The notes: generated by a model from the letters alone, not told the origin. Shown: positions 30,527 to 46,207, counted from the stretch's first letter. The stretch is DNA of 64,000 nucleotides from Tubulanus polymorphus (GCF_964204645.1 NC_134025.1:8804001-8868000), one strand, 5' to 3'. A program made the numbers and translations.

Positions 30527-33500
30527 GCCATAGTTACATGAGATAATGTTGAAACGATAATCTACGAAATTCAGGTCTGAATTTTTTTCCAGAAAATCAG
30601 GAAATTCGAACTGATTGAAAATTCCCGCCGAGATTCGGTTAGAGTACGAACATTTCGAAAAGAAAATATTTTCATTTTTGCTCGCTGGTTACGCGCGCGC
30701 AAACTACGCAGAAATCCGTTGAACGATAACGCCAGTGATACCAAAAACAAAGAGGATAATTGAAGTCGCAGTCAGAAATTGATACATCAGTTCATCCATT
30801 ATTAAAACCCAATTACGTGATCGGTAGATTGATTAGTCGGTTCCCACGCGAGTGCGCTCGAATTACACATCATTTCTGCTGATTTAATGCATTTCCTGGA
30901 GAGAAATAAACGTTCATCCTTAATTTTGTGAAATATAAATTCGTCCGTGAAATAAGTTTGCACGCCCTAGGTTCGGCTCGCCAAGACGTTGATAGTAGTA
31001 ATACGAATATTTGTATCAATTCAAACAAGTCCAAAAATGATGCATTTCGATGCGTCGCATTGTGAGAAAACTTCATAAAAATGAAGGTGGATGTTTTATA
31101 TTTCACTATCATAGTGTATGACGATGACTTGAGATATCTATTTTCGAATATTTGAGATTAATTCGTGTTTACACTTCATTACTCACATTGAATTATTTAC
31201 TAAGCTTGCAAGTGAAAAGGCCACAATCTTTATGCATGTTATCACTGATATACAGAATTGTGCATTAACGATGTGTCGCACATATAGCTAATATTCCCTT
31301 GTTGCTAAGTATTCTCATCTATTTCCATTTCTGTGGAAAATATATCTGTTAATGTGATTTTTCTATGCATGTAGACATCAGCAAGTCTTTGTGCAAGTTA
31401 TAACCCTATCTAACTATATTACCCAGTTAATAATAAGCCGTTATGAACAAACATCAGGTCGAAATCGGTTGCTGATTCCTGTTCAAGTGTTCCTGACACA
31501 ACACCCCAGTTCGTACATTAAAATGCGCTTGATTTCACCAAACACGGAATGAACGATACGACGAGAAAGAAGCAAATGAGGAGAAACAGTTTTAAACAAA
31601 ACGGAGCATAACTGACTGATTTAGATCGGTCGTAGATTTATGAGTGTGCCGGTAGAATGATGCATTTCCTCAATTTGCAAATTAAGTCCAACGATTGATG
31701 TATATCCCGTTTATTATTCAACAGTTTTGGGAATTATTCAAAATGCAGAGACTTAATAAAGAATCTTAGAATTAAACCCATAACATTCAATTTTGAGGAT
31801 TGAAAGGAGTTGGATTTACAAATATCACAATAAAGGGCGCGACGGAACCAATCCAATTTGATAATCTTATAAACATATGAATGGCTTACGTAATATCGCA
31901 TTTCAGCAATATCAATCTCAGGCACGTCTGCGCTAAGAGGAGTCATCATACCCCTACTCCCACAGGTATTGATCAGGCGTGGTTTTAGATAATGCATACG
32001 TATTATACGCGGCGTGGTCATTCATACCATTTAGTAATTAATATAAGTCATCAAAAGTACCAAGGGATCTTGGCGCCAGCATAAGATTGACCGTCAGTCT
32101 TCTGCGTCTCAATCTCAAGCTAAACGTTTGAGAGTATTGATTGCTTCAGACATCACGACTATCATTACAATTATCTTATATACGGAATAGAGAGACAAAA
32201 TATTCGTGTATGAAAGTAAAAACATATATGTTAGATAAAAGATGAAACCACAGTAAATCATGTATATCGTGTAAGCCTGGGTATATTGAAATAACATATG
32301 TTGGTGTTGAATACAAACTTAGTTTGAAACTTTCTAAAACTAATCTAAATGCGCCGAACAGGAAACTACATCAATTAACGTTCAATTCTAATAAAACTAA
32401 ACCATTAGGGATAAAATCTATTCTAAGTTACTTAGCAACGGGTCCCACGTACGTTTGCCTGTAAGCTCTTTTGTTATAGAAAATAACGCTCGGTTGTCCT
32501 TGTGGCAAGTATCAAAAACGCAGTATGGTTACAGTAATGCACTTCATAAATTTGTCCTTAATTTACTAAAAGGGAATTCATCAAAATCCGTATGGATGTT
32601 TGCTCGATCATAAATAACGCAAAATGCACGATGGCCTTCTTTAATTTAAATTAGCCTTAATTGGATGAAGTCGATAGAAGAAGTCGACTATCGTGACAGT
32701 GAAATATTTTTAGAAGAATTTTCCAGACAGAGACTTATATACACTGTGTAATTTCTTAGAAATGTATACAGTTATCCAGAAATGGCATTCAGAAATAGAT
32801 TTATCTAGTAAGCGATTTATCTAGGGATAATAATTTCTTTAAAAGCGTGATTGTATCAGATCTGTATCAATGGATGTACAAAAACTCCTGCGAAATAATT
32901 TTGGTTTTTGCCATCTTCTGGCCACCTTGTAGTATCAACCGGTAATATGTAACATGTATTGTAGGACAAATCAATTGTAGGACATTTCCACGATCGAGTT
33001 CGATATTATCACAAATGTATAAACATCTGACCTATGAGAACACCGATGTTCATCACAGTGAAATAATTCCATCATTAGGTCGTTTTTTTTAATGGACTAG
33101 ACAAATTAATGCAAACTTTCAGAGCAGATTTACCCACGCGACCTTGCGAGTAATGCCAATACGGAAGGGAAATATCCACCGTCTGGATGATGAATGGTTT
33201 AATTTTATCATATCGCGCAGATTAGAAGTTTTGTTGTGATTAGTAATGCGCTCCTCAGCTGTGCTTGTTGATACTGTGTTTGCCGAGAACATTATTTTCA
33301 CGTCATCTCAATCAATTTTAAGCAGTGATATAATTTTTCAAACGCGTTTGTTGAACCATTCGCATCAATCTTGTCAGTTCTTCAGTAAATATTACATATC
33401 TTTTAATCAAAATCTCCAAACGACATCGAGGAAAAAACGGTACACTTTTTTGCTGAGCTTGTGAATGAAAGCTACTTTATGACAAGGTTACATTCAAGCT

Positions 33501-34097
33501 GTATTTGTGAGTGGGTGGTTTGTTATTATCGCTAACATTGAAGGGATTCTCTCGGTTCATTGATATACGAATCGTTAAATAATTAACCTGGGTAATTCCA
33601 CTGGTTTATGTGAATTGTCTTTTCTACACAATGAAATTGAGGATGTAGTATAGTTTTTTCCAATTTGATTTTATCTATATTAGTTATTTAAGATGTTTCC
33701 TCGATATAAATTCATTAATCCTATTTTTGCCAACCCCGTGGACCGAATGAATAAAATACCCTGTCACGAATGACACTGTTTCTAGATATTGCAACGCACT
33801 AATTCCCCATACGCTCAGGTGGGAGACCACATAAACCGAGGATTATTTATTTGCTTGGGCGTAATAATCCTCGGCAATAAACATGCAGAAAACGCACGGC
33901 ACAATTTACAGTAGCCTTCGTGAAATGAGACGCGACCGGGGAGCAACCTTCCGTAATGACTCGCCGTGAAAATTACTGATTTCATTGCGAACATACTGAC
34001 ACCGGACTGTTAACCAAAACCAACGTTTTTCTATCGCTGAACATTGCCTGTATGTAAACCGACAATATCACGAACTGTGGTAAATTTGATCTGATCT

Positions 34098-34244
34098 AGT
34101 CTCACAATCACAGGATCGAAACTATTAAAATTAGTAGTTACTCTTGAAAATGGCTTTTAGTATAAAACCGAAAATTCGGGTTTTTAACAAATTTTAATAG
34201 TTTCGATTTTTTGAAAACTTTTTCGATCCTGTGATTGTGGGACT
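34098..34244. mobile_element. MITE with 24-bp TIRs
   Basis: AGTCTCACAATCACAGGATCGAAA / TTTCGATCCTGTGATTGTGGGACT, plus inner TCGAAACTATTAAAATT / AATTTTAATAGTTTCGA. Confidence 0.7.
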
Positions 34245-37200
34245 TATATTCTATATAGTACAAGTTTCTATGCATGACGAAAAAATGCAGTTTATGTGAT
34301 TATCAAATGATAAAAACACTCTAAATCTACCAACTCACTCAGAAACTTACTGACAATTAACTTGTTCTCCCTTGCATAACAGTAGTACCCCTTGTTTTGG
34401 TTAATCCCTCACACCCAAATGATCGCTAGTGAGAATTCGAAATATCGTGTCCTATGTTTTTGATTTTTAACTTTTTAATAATAATTTTGTAGATAGAGGT
34501 TTATCATATCATCTATTCCCCACATTTGCGTGTGGCTATCCTACTATTCTACTATCATATAATACATGATTTACTCAATTAAAGCAATCAGCGTTTCATT
34601 GTATTATGGCAGTCGGTGCCATTCGAAGGCTACTATATAATGAGAATTTTACCCGATACTATACATACATTACGGGCTAAACTATTTTTTTTTTCATGTT
34701 GGTTAGTTTTATAGATAAGGCGAATCACGTCGACGATACATATCATATTCGCACTACATCAATCGAAAATGTGTATGCAACTAAGTGAAAAATTCCCGAC
34801 GACGACCAATGTTTGTCGAACATCAAGCAATTCTCCGGGGTTTCGTTTCTACGATTCAGTGTATGATTCACAACCTTGAGTAAACTATACGATGACTCGC
34901 ATAAAATCATGATTCAGGTTAATGAATGACGAAGTTTTTTTTATTACGTAGGTAACACGTACACGGAGAGACTTGGGAATATCATCATGGAAACATATCA
35001 AGCATCCAGACGATACCTAATTATACGAAACGTCTAAATTGTACGTTGAATTAAAAGCCAAGCATTTTTCTCACGATTTGTTCGGCAGTTGATCGAAACT
35101 GGATACACGACCCATGGTCGGAAAAAACGCGACGTGTCTGGAGTCGTCTGCGTTACACAGGTAATAACAGATCTAATTCGATTTTCAAATAATCTCGATA
35201 TAGCAATTTGACGATAAACAGAATGACAGATGACTTATGCAATTTATCACAGTTTGACGCTTCAGACACGCCTCGTTGGTGGCGCTTATTGTCGCAACTT
35301 CCCGTTGCACCCAAGGAACAAGCAACAAAAAGGCAGTTTAAAATTCAGTTCGTTCTCCAATATCGGGATTAGCAAACAATACTCTCGTTCAACGTCTTCC
35401 GGGTAAACACTAACTGGCGAACAAGCGATTTTATCTATTGGTGCTTGCTGTTACGGCATCAACAAACCGAAACAAGAAAGACTCTTTAGTGCAACTTGTA
35501 AAGCAGTCGTCAAGCCCTTACTGAAACCCGATTTATTCGCTGCGAGTTCTTCTTAATTTGCGCAGAAACTTTAGCTAACGAGTGGCTTGAAATTTCATTT
35601 CGCCACGCGGCAAAAAACTTTAGATTCCTTAGTGCATAACGGTGGTGTATTTCTTCAGTCAGGAGGGTTATCACATCCACAAAATTAGAATTTCAGCTGG
35701 ATGCTGATATAGGTATAACTTCAATTTGACTATCTGCTTTTTCGAAAACGAGTAGAATGTTCGCTTAACGAATCTCACACTACAAACAACATGCGTTAAA
35801 ATGACAGTTAGGGACGTGCACTTGAAAAACTATTGGAAATTCTATTCCCTGTTTAAGCCACTGGTTTATCAATTCCACAGAGATTAACCGCCAATTCCAA
35901 TCAACGAAATGTTATTATCCCAAACGTAATTATTATTCACGTCCTGTCGTTATCGCAATCTCGTTAAGAAGAAGAAATCAAAGAAAAAAACGCATGGATT
36001 TTTATTTTGCTTATCAGAAAACTTATTCTCCTCTATCCGTTGATAAATAAGAGGCTGGTTAAAGCAAGTTCTGTGAAGAAATCTTGGTATTATCTCCGAC
36101 TTTCTTCCGGGTCGCTTCGAAGTCGTGTCTACCTCAGAGAGTAATTTGTTACAACTCACCGAAGTCGCAGTAAATGCGGTAATTTAACTAGAATTTCTAG
36201 TGAAAAAAAAAAGTTATCACAAGGACGAAACGAAAATAAATGCCGACACCGTATCTTATTATGCTGATGTATTTTATAACATTGATTTTAGTATCTCAAA
36301 ATCTTTAAGTCAGATCGTTTTCAAAGAGGAGTAATGTCGAATTTATCGAATTTGGTGATTTCTCCAGGCCATTTTCCCATTCAGTTTATAATGTTCGATT
36401 AGATATTGGATGATGCAAAATTCTGAGGCTATCGGTAAGCCAATATATTGTGTGTCATCTCAACATTGAAAAGTAAACGCCCGTTATCATTTCCCTTCAA
36501 ATCTTTGAGCATTTGTCAATTAGAATCACGTTGATAAATCAAACTCATTCATATTTCCGGCCACAAAATACCCTGTTTGAGATATTATGCGGATGATAAG
36601 TGACGTAAAGACTAGAAAAAAACAGGCGATTTATATTGTAAAAGATATCTCTACATGAATAGATGCATGTATCTAAGTTGTCATTTCGGTTCAGTTGGAT
36701 CCGTTCGTAATGCGTTAGAATGTTCATCTGAGGACATTCGTTATCTCGACTCTTCGAGGTCATAATCCGAAGCTAATTCGACTTCAATTGCCAGTTATCC
36801 ACGGGGATTTACGGATGAGCGCTCTTAATTATGACAGAAGATCAGAAATTAATTATGACTTCATCTGGTTTTCGTGCGGCTTAAGTGAGAAAAACGCCGG
36901 ACTTCGAAAAGTGCTACACGCAGCCAGAGATTGCATGCCGGCTTACATCAAGAATAGATGTTAATTCAAAATGGGCGAATCCCATGTAAACGACCTGCGT
37001 CAGAAAATACCATCCGTAAGCTCATTGCAGATGTATATAATCATGAGCTCCATTCGTCGGCTCCGAAAAATTACTCACCTCTACAAGGCTGATTCGTAAA
37101 AGATGACTCGGTATAATGAAGTGATGCCAGGTAATAGACTTATTTGCATAAACCCGTTCTTTTTTACGAGCGGAATGATTATATAAACAGTCGTCCAGAT

Positions 37201-40200
37201 AGACGTCCGTGAATACAAACAATTAATTGACGCTCTATCTCACCGGGGAGAATAAGGCTGGTCATTTGAAATCCTCTTTTTACGAAGGTTAATCGCGTAT
37301 GTGTCCTCATAGAATAATTATCAACAAATACGATGGCTGTTAGTCAGCCATTTTGAAACCAGTTTCATATTCTTCTCTTTTTAATTTCTTACGGAAGTGT
37401 TATACTATAACATACAATGCATGATACATAGTTGGCTATATATATATTTCATTTTTCGTCTCCTGTATTATGATATCATATTGCAATATAGTCACGATAG
37501 CATCGTTTCCGCCGTCGATACCTAATATATTATTGATATTAATACATATAATCATACATCGGCAAGTTGGGTGACGGGGTTCTGGTTCGTAGGTATATAT
37601 ATAAATATATATACCAACCAGGACAGGCAAGGATATCCACGGGGAGTAATGTAACTGAACAGCTACATAGTTCAACAGCTTGATAGAATTATCGCCTGAC
37701 AAATTGGCTGAATGTATACCAATACAAACGTTCGTCGTTCTCAAACATGGTACTAAGCGCCTTATTATGTTGTTTTCACGTTAGTGCTGTTTTCGACCGA
37801 AAATAAATTTCATTGCCGGCGAACGAAGGTCTACCGTCACTCTTCATATTTCAACAAATAAAACCCGATTGAATACTGATGGGATAAACCAATCATTTTC
37901 TTATTGAATGTGAAAGCGAACATGCGAGGCCATTATCCGAGCGGTGGGAAAGCATCACTGCTGCTGATATGAAATTGTGTTCTCTGGCGCTGCATTCGTT
38001 TATGTTTATGAAACACATGATTAGAATTCTATAGTTTTCTGATTATGCGTTTTCGGCATTATCACTTAAAGTCATTCAGAACATGAATGGAAATTGCCAG
38101 TCGACGTCAATTCGCGATTTTGGAGAAAACTTGTTGACAAGAAATGAATATAATTTGTGAGAAAAAGTGTTACTTCTCGCTCGAAATGAGACATCTTAGA
38201 TTTAGAAACACCATCATGTGGCTTTTCTTAGATAAAAGTAATTGCCCATCTTCGAGTGATGAATTGTTGCTTCAATTGATTTTCTGGCTCATAGAATTCC
38301 AAGGTCTATCTCCGCGGTTAATTAAAGCATTATCGGAATTTCAATTTGGCGCCACTGCTGCATTCCAGTTGGATCGAAAATCGATGACTATATGGCAAAC
38401 AGATTTAAGCATTTTTTTAGGAGAAAAACTGACTATATTTCAGTACCCTGGTAACTTCGTAGTAGTCTATCTGATTTTTTTTGTTGAATATATGAATGTG
38501 ACATTACCTATCCACACTCGTAAAGTAAAAAGTTAATTTGGTATCTCTCCGTGACAATTTCACATTCATCACAGTCGCAACACACAAAGCCGGTTTTATC
38601 TTCATTCACGGTTTTACGGCTACATCTGCGCCAACGGCACACCTCAGCACTGCGAGAAAATAAAGGCTTCCTCACATCGCCTAAACCCGGAGAAAAATTA
38701 TTTCCTTAATTGAAATTGCCTTCTGGTTATAACGTACCAGTATTCGGTGGACGCGTCTGATAAAGAATCCTGTCCAATGCGTTTACACAGATACAAAGAG
38801 TTTTAGTCATAACGATGAGCAAAAGTTTGTAACCAGACAGATTTAATGATTAACACCATATCTTCGACCGTGATGATGATTCATCAAACGTTTTTAAATG
38901 TAGAAGAAGTCACACGCTATTCAAGTATTCCCGGAGAATGACTATTAAGTCAAAATGTTGAAATAAACAACTATGTAGGTTCAACGACACCTTTTCGAAC
39001 TTTTCGAACGTTTTGTAATGTGGGATTTTACCGTATATATGAATGTTATTACACGCTATTCATTCAATATTTTGGGTTTCGTCGACGCAAAAATCCAATT
39101 TCCGCAGATGTTCTTTTCTCGCAAAGATTGCCCAAAAGAAAAAGAAGCGGCTCTCGTTGCTGAAAGTCGTTAGCCTTTCCACTTGAGGCTACTGTCATCT
39201 TGAGGCACGGAGATCTTCGCTACCGGTAGCTTTAGTCAAGATGCTCTTCGACGGGATTGTTTTATGTTTCGTCTAACGTCATGAATCTTTAACATTTCTA
39301 TGATATAGTACATAATACACCGCCGATAGTCGAGGGACCGGTAAAACGCGCTCGAAGTGATACATGGAATGTTTGCACTCGCATCATGAGCAACTCTCCA
39401 CACGGACACCGAAAATACATATACGTACTTAGCTGTAGAAACGTTCACGCGGCGTTCACGTAAAAAATCTTTATCCACGCCACCGAGTTGTAATGTATGC
39501 GTAGGTAATTTCATTAAATATTCACATTCTTGACTAACCGCCGAACAGGGATATAAATTTTTCATCCAGTTATCTCAGAGAAACAATATCGTTAAACAGG
39601 TATGTAATGTGAAGGAATAGCCTCGACGGACCATGAAATTAGATGGAGATGCCATTGTTATAACGTTGGTTCGGATATAGCGGTTATAGTCGATGTTTTA
39701 TACCATATGACGGGGAAGCGTCGCTTCTTGTCATGAAAAACGACGCTACCGCAAATTTCTTGCAAAACTGAAAATATCATCATCATCTGATCGCACTTAT
39801 CTCATCAACTACCTGTCATTTCTATTTGACGTGATACACACTTCATCCTGAGTACTGTGGGCAATATAAATACCAAACGTTCATTCCACCGATCAGGAAC
39901 ATTGCAAACGAGATGACAATTTTTTGTCAATGTGAATAAACACTGCACAGCGCGCCTGGCATAGTTTGCCTACAGACGATAGCATACCCAGGAAACATTC
40001 TTGCCGCAAATAGCTCATATATTACATCGACGTCGTGTCAACTCTGAAAAAGTCAACGTTTCTGAAACGTCCCATTCCGCTCGCTCTCTCAACAACTCCC
40101 ATGCGATCTCTATTGCGACATTTTTGGGGCGAATTTGTTCAGATTATCATGCATAATGCGTTGCCACTAATATAATACATTCGTATTCGGTTGTTGTTCG

Positions 40201-42234
40201 GGTTATAAAATGTTGCTTGTATATTGGCTTATATCTGATGACTACTTGGGGCGAATTGATCGAGAGGCCATTAAATATACACTCCCTGTAGGCTGGAGAG
40301 CCGAGCTAAAAATGGTTAGAATTATATGCAATGCCATTTCCTATTAATTCTGAGTAGTTGCCATGATTTGAACCATATACCATTTGATTTCCATTGTTTG
40401 TACTAAATATGATAATAATGATAGGTAGGCCAGGTGGCCCCAGCTATATCCATTTCCTTGAACGTACATGATCCCTAAAATAAATTCACATTTGCATGGG
40501 AGAGAGATGCACCAAAAAATTACTTTAAAACTGATTGATTGGTTATGATCTATAAATGCGAAATAAATTATCACAGTTTACTCCGGAGAGGTAAACTGAG
40601 AGTGGAAAGTTGCTTGAAAGGTTATCTTATATGAACCATTACTGCATTTGTGAAATACTAGCGATAACTGATTTTCACCCGTGTCTTTCAAAACAAAATT
40701 ATAATATTGTTGTTCGACGTTCCGTATATGATACTTTTTCCCAGAGCATATTGTTCTGAAACACGCAGCTATATTCGAAATTTTTTCGTTACCGGAATAA
40801 ACCCATTAACACTGCTTTGAAAAATACTGTCCAGCGTTTGAATATCATCGTATTGATTTGAATCATAGAGTTGCCCTTGTATCTAAACTTTATTCGCATT
40901 AAGCAGCCTGTTGCTTGATACATTTGACTGAGTCTAAATCGTTTTATTTTCTCCTTCTATTCCAAACGATAAATGTTAACCCACGACTCTACACGAAAAT
41001 TCGAAAATCAGAAAATCATTTCATGAAAAAAGGCAATCATGGTAGTAGTTTATAGACGTTCGTTTTATACACAACGCTATTTGCATCATACAACATGGCA
41101 AAGTTTATTCGAATGAAAATCGAGCACTGTAATAAAACATACATACATAACTTATTTATAGAATATGGATATTGGATTTTCCTCTGTTTGTTGGAATGTG
41201 CGAAAATGGCATGGCAGCGAATTGAAGTGCATGATTGCAAATTGCCTTAGCAGCGGATTCTTCATCTTTTAGTAGATATAACGTTTCATAGGTACGAAGC
41301 ACGTTAAGAGACTCTCAACGAAACGAATACATAACGAATGATATGACGGTTTCGGCCTTGATTCGATGATTAGAAAAGTGCAAAAATTATCATCGATTCG
41401 AAGCTTGCGATTCAAAAGCCCAGTTCTAAAGAGTATTGTCTCTAACATGATGCAATTTCTTCGTTGTTAAGTATTTTAGAGTTTAAAGGGTTAAGGGAGT
41501 AACTTAACTGGAAACCCGATACCTTGCGTTTGAAAACGGTTTGCATAATATCATTAGAAAAATGTCGATAACAAAAAGTTGAAAATATCAAACCTTTTTG
41601 CGCCTTTCGTTTTGGTAAATCCGTCCAGAAAGATGATTTTCATCTCCAATTAGATGTGTCGACGAGTGTTAAGAACAGGTAATCCACCCTGGCCCCGCGA
41701 GTGTGTGAGGTATATTGGCGTTAATTAACGAATTTGATTAAGTTAATTAGAATGCTGTGCGTATATTCATGAAGTCGACTTACCTTCTTGGAATAATTCA
41801 GCTTTTTATGTCCTTAATCTCGGATCTCCGTCCGCAGTTTGCTCGTTGTTGTTTTTTTATTATAAAGATGACAACAGGACAAATTTGTCCGTGGTTTGCT
41901 GTCCTGTTCGTCCTGGTGATACTAAAGGCTCGCTCCTCCTCTAACTCTCGTATTTCTACCTTGGAGACGTGGGTAAATTTATAAATCGGCAACAACGATC
42001 ACCGACTGGCGGGTAATGTACGATTACTTCCTAATATGGCAACTCGGTGATTCCGATGATTGCCGAACGCCACATTTTATGACGGGAAAGCGAGTGGCGC
42101 GGCTCTATGGTGTGATGAAAGCGCGTTTTACTGCAAGTTACAATAAAATATTGTAGCAATCAGACAAAACTGGACCAGTTCCTCCACCTTGTTCACAGAA
42201 ACCCAAAGATTGCATCTATTCGGCATCATTGTAG

Positions 42235-42414
42235 TACAGGTGACTCCGCCCAATTAGTCGGATCTGAAGAAGTCGGATAACCATTCAACTCGGATGTTTT
42301 TTGAAATATAGTTTTTGTGACACTATGCGATACATGACATCCAACTCGGATATCGCTCAATTTGGACACATTTTTACGGTCCCAAAAGATCCGACTTGAG
42401 CGAAGTCTACGGTA
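42235..42414. mobile_element. Degenerate Tc1/mariner-type MITE
   Basis: TACAGGTGACTCCGCCCAATTAGTCGGAT ... ATCCGACTTGAGCGAAGTCTACGGTA, with internal (G/C)TCGGAT repeats and TA ends. Confidence 0.5.
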
Positions 42415-42866
42415 GTGTCTATAAGACAGTAGAGTTAAAAAGACAGACAGAACTGGTGAAAACACGTGAAACACGCCGAAGCGTGGAATGATAAAATGGA
42501 AAACAAATAACCTAGAAGATGAACAAATCTGTTAGTGCCAGTGTAAAATGAATTTTGTAATGGTCAAGTAATAGCAGGTACATTTCAGTATATCTATAAA
42601 TTCTGAGCACATACGATACGTTTGCGGCGGAGTTATAATGTGGACAATAACAGGTGACCTCTTGCCATCGGCGAAAGATATTATCGAGTTTCGGACTCGT
42701 TGCGGTGACGTCTATGAATCCATTTAAGCTATTAGTTAACCAACCTAGCTTCTGGGTATGAGTATGTAATGCATTGACCATCATCTCCGCTTGCCACAAA
42801 CCCTTCATGGTCTATTACATTGCCCAAGAATTCTTGGGCGGACGGGTTGCCGCTGAGCCACCACTC

Positions 42867-43018
42867 GGCCAAATTCGGTTTTCGTATTGTGGTCGGAACT
42901 AATAACCGAATACGCTTGATTTTCGAACTATTTCCAGAATATAGTTCCGACTAACGGACATTCAGTTTCGTTTAGTTCGACTATAGTCGACTAACTCAGA
43001 TAACCGAAGGTGGCCCTG
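42867..43018. mobile_element. Degenerate hAT-like MITE
   Basis: GGCCAAATTCGGTT ... AACCGAAGGTGGCCCTG ends, with internal GTCGGAACTA/TAGTTCCGAC/TAGTTCGACTA subterminal repeats. Confidence 0.4.
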
Positions 43019-44917
43019 TTTATTAAGCCAATGAGTTTTCACCGGCAGATTTGCTGCGCATATGATTGGCTAGATATATAAACTGGTGGCCGCGTAGCGG
43101 CAACCTGTAGAAATCTTGGGCAATGTAATGTAGAGAAATGAAGGGTTTGCCGCCAGGGTTTGTATTGGCGTGAGCTTCGTTTGGAGGCAATCAACCCCTG
43201 GCAAGCGAAGATGATTGAGCATAAGCCTATATTGAGTCGTCTGAAAACGCTGGGATGCATTGTATCACATGCATAATTTATCTAAATAGTCGCGACATGG
43301 TAAAAAAACTCTAGTTGAAATCAGATATTTCTCGCAACAGTATTAAAAAAATTGGATTAGAAAGCATCCCAGGCAAGTCGTTGCTTCGATCCGCGTTGAC
43401 TAGACGTGTATTGTTTTCCCTTGAAACCGAAACCCACGCTTTTTGACTTACCAACTCCCATCGTTCTCACATAGAATGCTCGTCATTTAATATCATGTCC
43501 GGAATATCTATTCTATGATGCGATAAAAACCACGCGCAGGCAAATCTTTTTTTTCGGTAGATCGTTGGTTTCCAGGCCTGGGGGATGAAGGTTGATATTC
43601 CATTAGGAACAAAGTGCGATTTAAAATCTTCTGCATGCGCCTACGTCACCAAGTGATCCGCGCATCGACTGAGGTTTTTTTCTCTATATTAACTAACCAA
43701 CGGTTTTGATAGACATTGCGTATAACTTCAGTTTTCTTATCGGATCAGTTTTCACCGATATCACAGTTCTACCACAACAAAATCGAAGACCGATATAAAT
43801 TCAGTTAGTTACAATACGTCTTCCGACATGCTGAAAATTGCTCTATGCAGCGCTATATTCAATTTAAGATTTCGCTATCGTCTGAAATCCATTTCAAAGA
43901 CAAATTCATGCGGCAGCTTCCCGGGGACATGAATAATTTCCTTTTTAATCTTTCAGCTTGAGAATAGTAATGACATTAGACCGATATACAAAATGGTGAA
44001 AAATTATTTCGCATTCCATCGAATGAATACATTCTCAAAAAAAACAATAATTATGGACAATTTTAATCTTATCAGACGATTTGGAGGTTATACGAAAAAT
44101 AACAACGTAGAGTCCTTAACTTTCCAGGTATACTAAATCGGTTAAGGATATTTCATTTTGCTGTAAAATTTGACATTTCATATACAACATTTTGCTATTG
44201 CCTTTCGTGTCTGTGTTTTTCGAGTACGTCGGGAATCTGTAGCATGTGTGTGACGACATAAGAAGAAGAACCACGGGAAAATCACGTATCGTGCGGCTGC
44301 TGTACTGGTTCAATTTGACGGGTATTTACGAAGATAAAACAGCCACTCCTCGCATAATTTTAACCGATATTTGAAAATGATGAGACATTAATCAGGCACA
44401 TGCTGTTTTCCCAACATGTTTTAATCATGAACTCGCTAAATTTTATACCGCTATAAGAATATATACCATCGTATTAATTACGGGGATCTTTTTTTCTCTT
44501 TTAAAAGTTAATACAGTGGAAACGACTTTCGGGGGCGAGAAAATATTTTCATTACATCATGAAATTATCTTATTAATTGTCAGCTTTTCTAGGGCAAAAT
44601 TATCGGTCTGTAATGCCGGTATATACTGATAGATCGCGTTTAAACATTACAATTTCTTATTTGATGGGATTACAGGTTACTGGGAAAAGGTGCCCGGTGA
44701 AATGCTAATCTTCACGCAGATGGAACCACTTGGCTTGTTTACCTACCATCTTGATTTAATCTGAAAAAGGAAAGGATTGCAACTGATAATTGAATGTAAA
44801 GATCAAACGTACCGGGTATTGAACTTATGAAGTAAATAATCAACCAAAGAATGCTGCTTCAGCTGACAAAACTACTTTTAAAATTAGCTATCATTGCTTG
44901 TAATACCGAGTAGTACA

Positions 44918-45045
44918 GAACTCAGTTCTAGAGTTAGGTATGTGAGATTTTATGAGTTGACTGATGTTTTATTTAACTCATTGAAAATGAAATAATTCAA
45001 ACTAACTCAGAGTTAACTATTACTCATAACTCTGAAACTGGATTC
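44918..45045 (-). mobile_element. MITE family A copy, reverse orientation
   Basis: AACTCATTGAAAATGAA...AACTCAGAGTTAAC...GAAACTGGATTC is the reverse complement of the family core. Confidence 0.65.
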
Positions 45046-45274
45046 AGGACTTCAGAAATCTATTTATAATTGAATGAGGCGGCTTGTTTTTCTACGAAAT
45101 TTTGCTTAAATTTTGGAGTACGGTATGGCTCTACTGCAGTGGTGTCGTATCGGTGATCTTATGGGGTCACTGTAAAACTAAATGAGTAACCTACTGTAAG
45201 TGCAATTACTAATTTAATTTTGTGAGGGTTGGATTAACGTTCTATAATCCAATGATATACCTGATGGAGACCTT

Positions 45275-46199
45275 TCAGTTATTTTTAGATGTAATCTTCT
45301 TTTTCTCCGTTGATTTCTGTTGACGAGGTTTCTGTTCTGATTCTTCGCGTTTTTTCTTTTCCTTCAAAAGCAGCTCTTTGCTCTGTTGCTGGAGAAGTTT
45401 CTTCGTCTTACGTAGCTCTTTATCGAACGTGCTCATAAAATTACACTGGATGTCATCTTTTTCAAGCGCCGTCGCCAATAGACGCCGTCGAACTCGTGGC
45501 TCAACCTTCATGGGCAGAATTGGCGAAGCGTGAGGCGTCAGGTAGTGCGGCAGATTGTACGATAACTTTGTTCGCTCGAATGCCCGATCCAGCATTACTT
45601 TCGAAGGATTCTCTTCGATATCCCGGAGATTCCCATCATCGAAGAGCTGATGAATATCTTTGATCGAATACAAATTTAATAGGGGTATGTTGTCGATATC
45701 GTCGTGAATAACAGCACTATCGAGAACCGACATCGCAAATATCGCATCGTTGCGTTCGATTTGACAGAATTGCCATGGATATATATTAACTGCATCATTT
45801 GTTACACTAATTATTCAATTTCCAATTACGACAGCGAGAGAAAAATGAGAACCATAAGTTTCATTTTTCAACCGAGTCCTAGATTACGCATAATTTTGTT
45901 TTATTGGTCTATGTATACTCTTTTGCTTCTTCTAACTCGTCTAGGCTTCCGTAGGTTGATAAAGTAAACTGAAGATCAGTTCCATCGATAATCCTCGCGT
46001 CGATGCTGGAAATATATACCTCGAACGACATTTCTGGCGTGGATCACTAATCTTCAACCTTCCGCCTCAGTGACTTGAACAGGGTCTCGGTGAAGGAAAC
46101 AATTTTTCAAAAGGTCGTACCTATCCATTGGATCACTTGTTAGTTGGTCGATAGGCCACGGGTAAAGACATTCTTGTTTTATAAAACATGGAAACGCAC
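45275..46199 (-). CDS. Orphan protein, last two coding exons (46199-46059, 45789-45275), with a Lys/Glu/Gln-rich coiled-coil/NLS-like C-terminus; 5' end uncertain
   Basis: The 152-aa ORF extends upstream to a phase-1 acceptor (gcag|TT) and joins in frame to a 141-nt exon (tttgcag|...GAAG|gt): ...CLYPWPIDQLTSDPMDRYDLLKNCFLHRDPVQVTEAE-V-NIYPWQFCQIERNDAIFAMSVLDS... The donor GTTGAA is weak. Confidence 0.55.
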
Positions 46200-46207
46200 C
46201 TGCAAAT

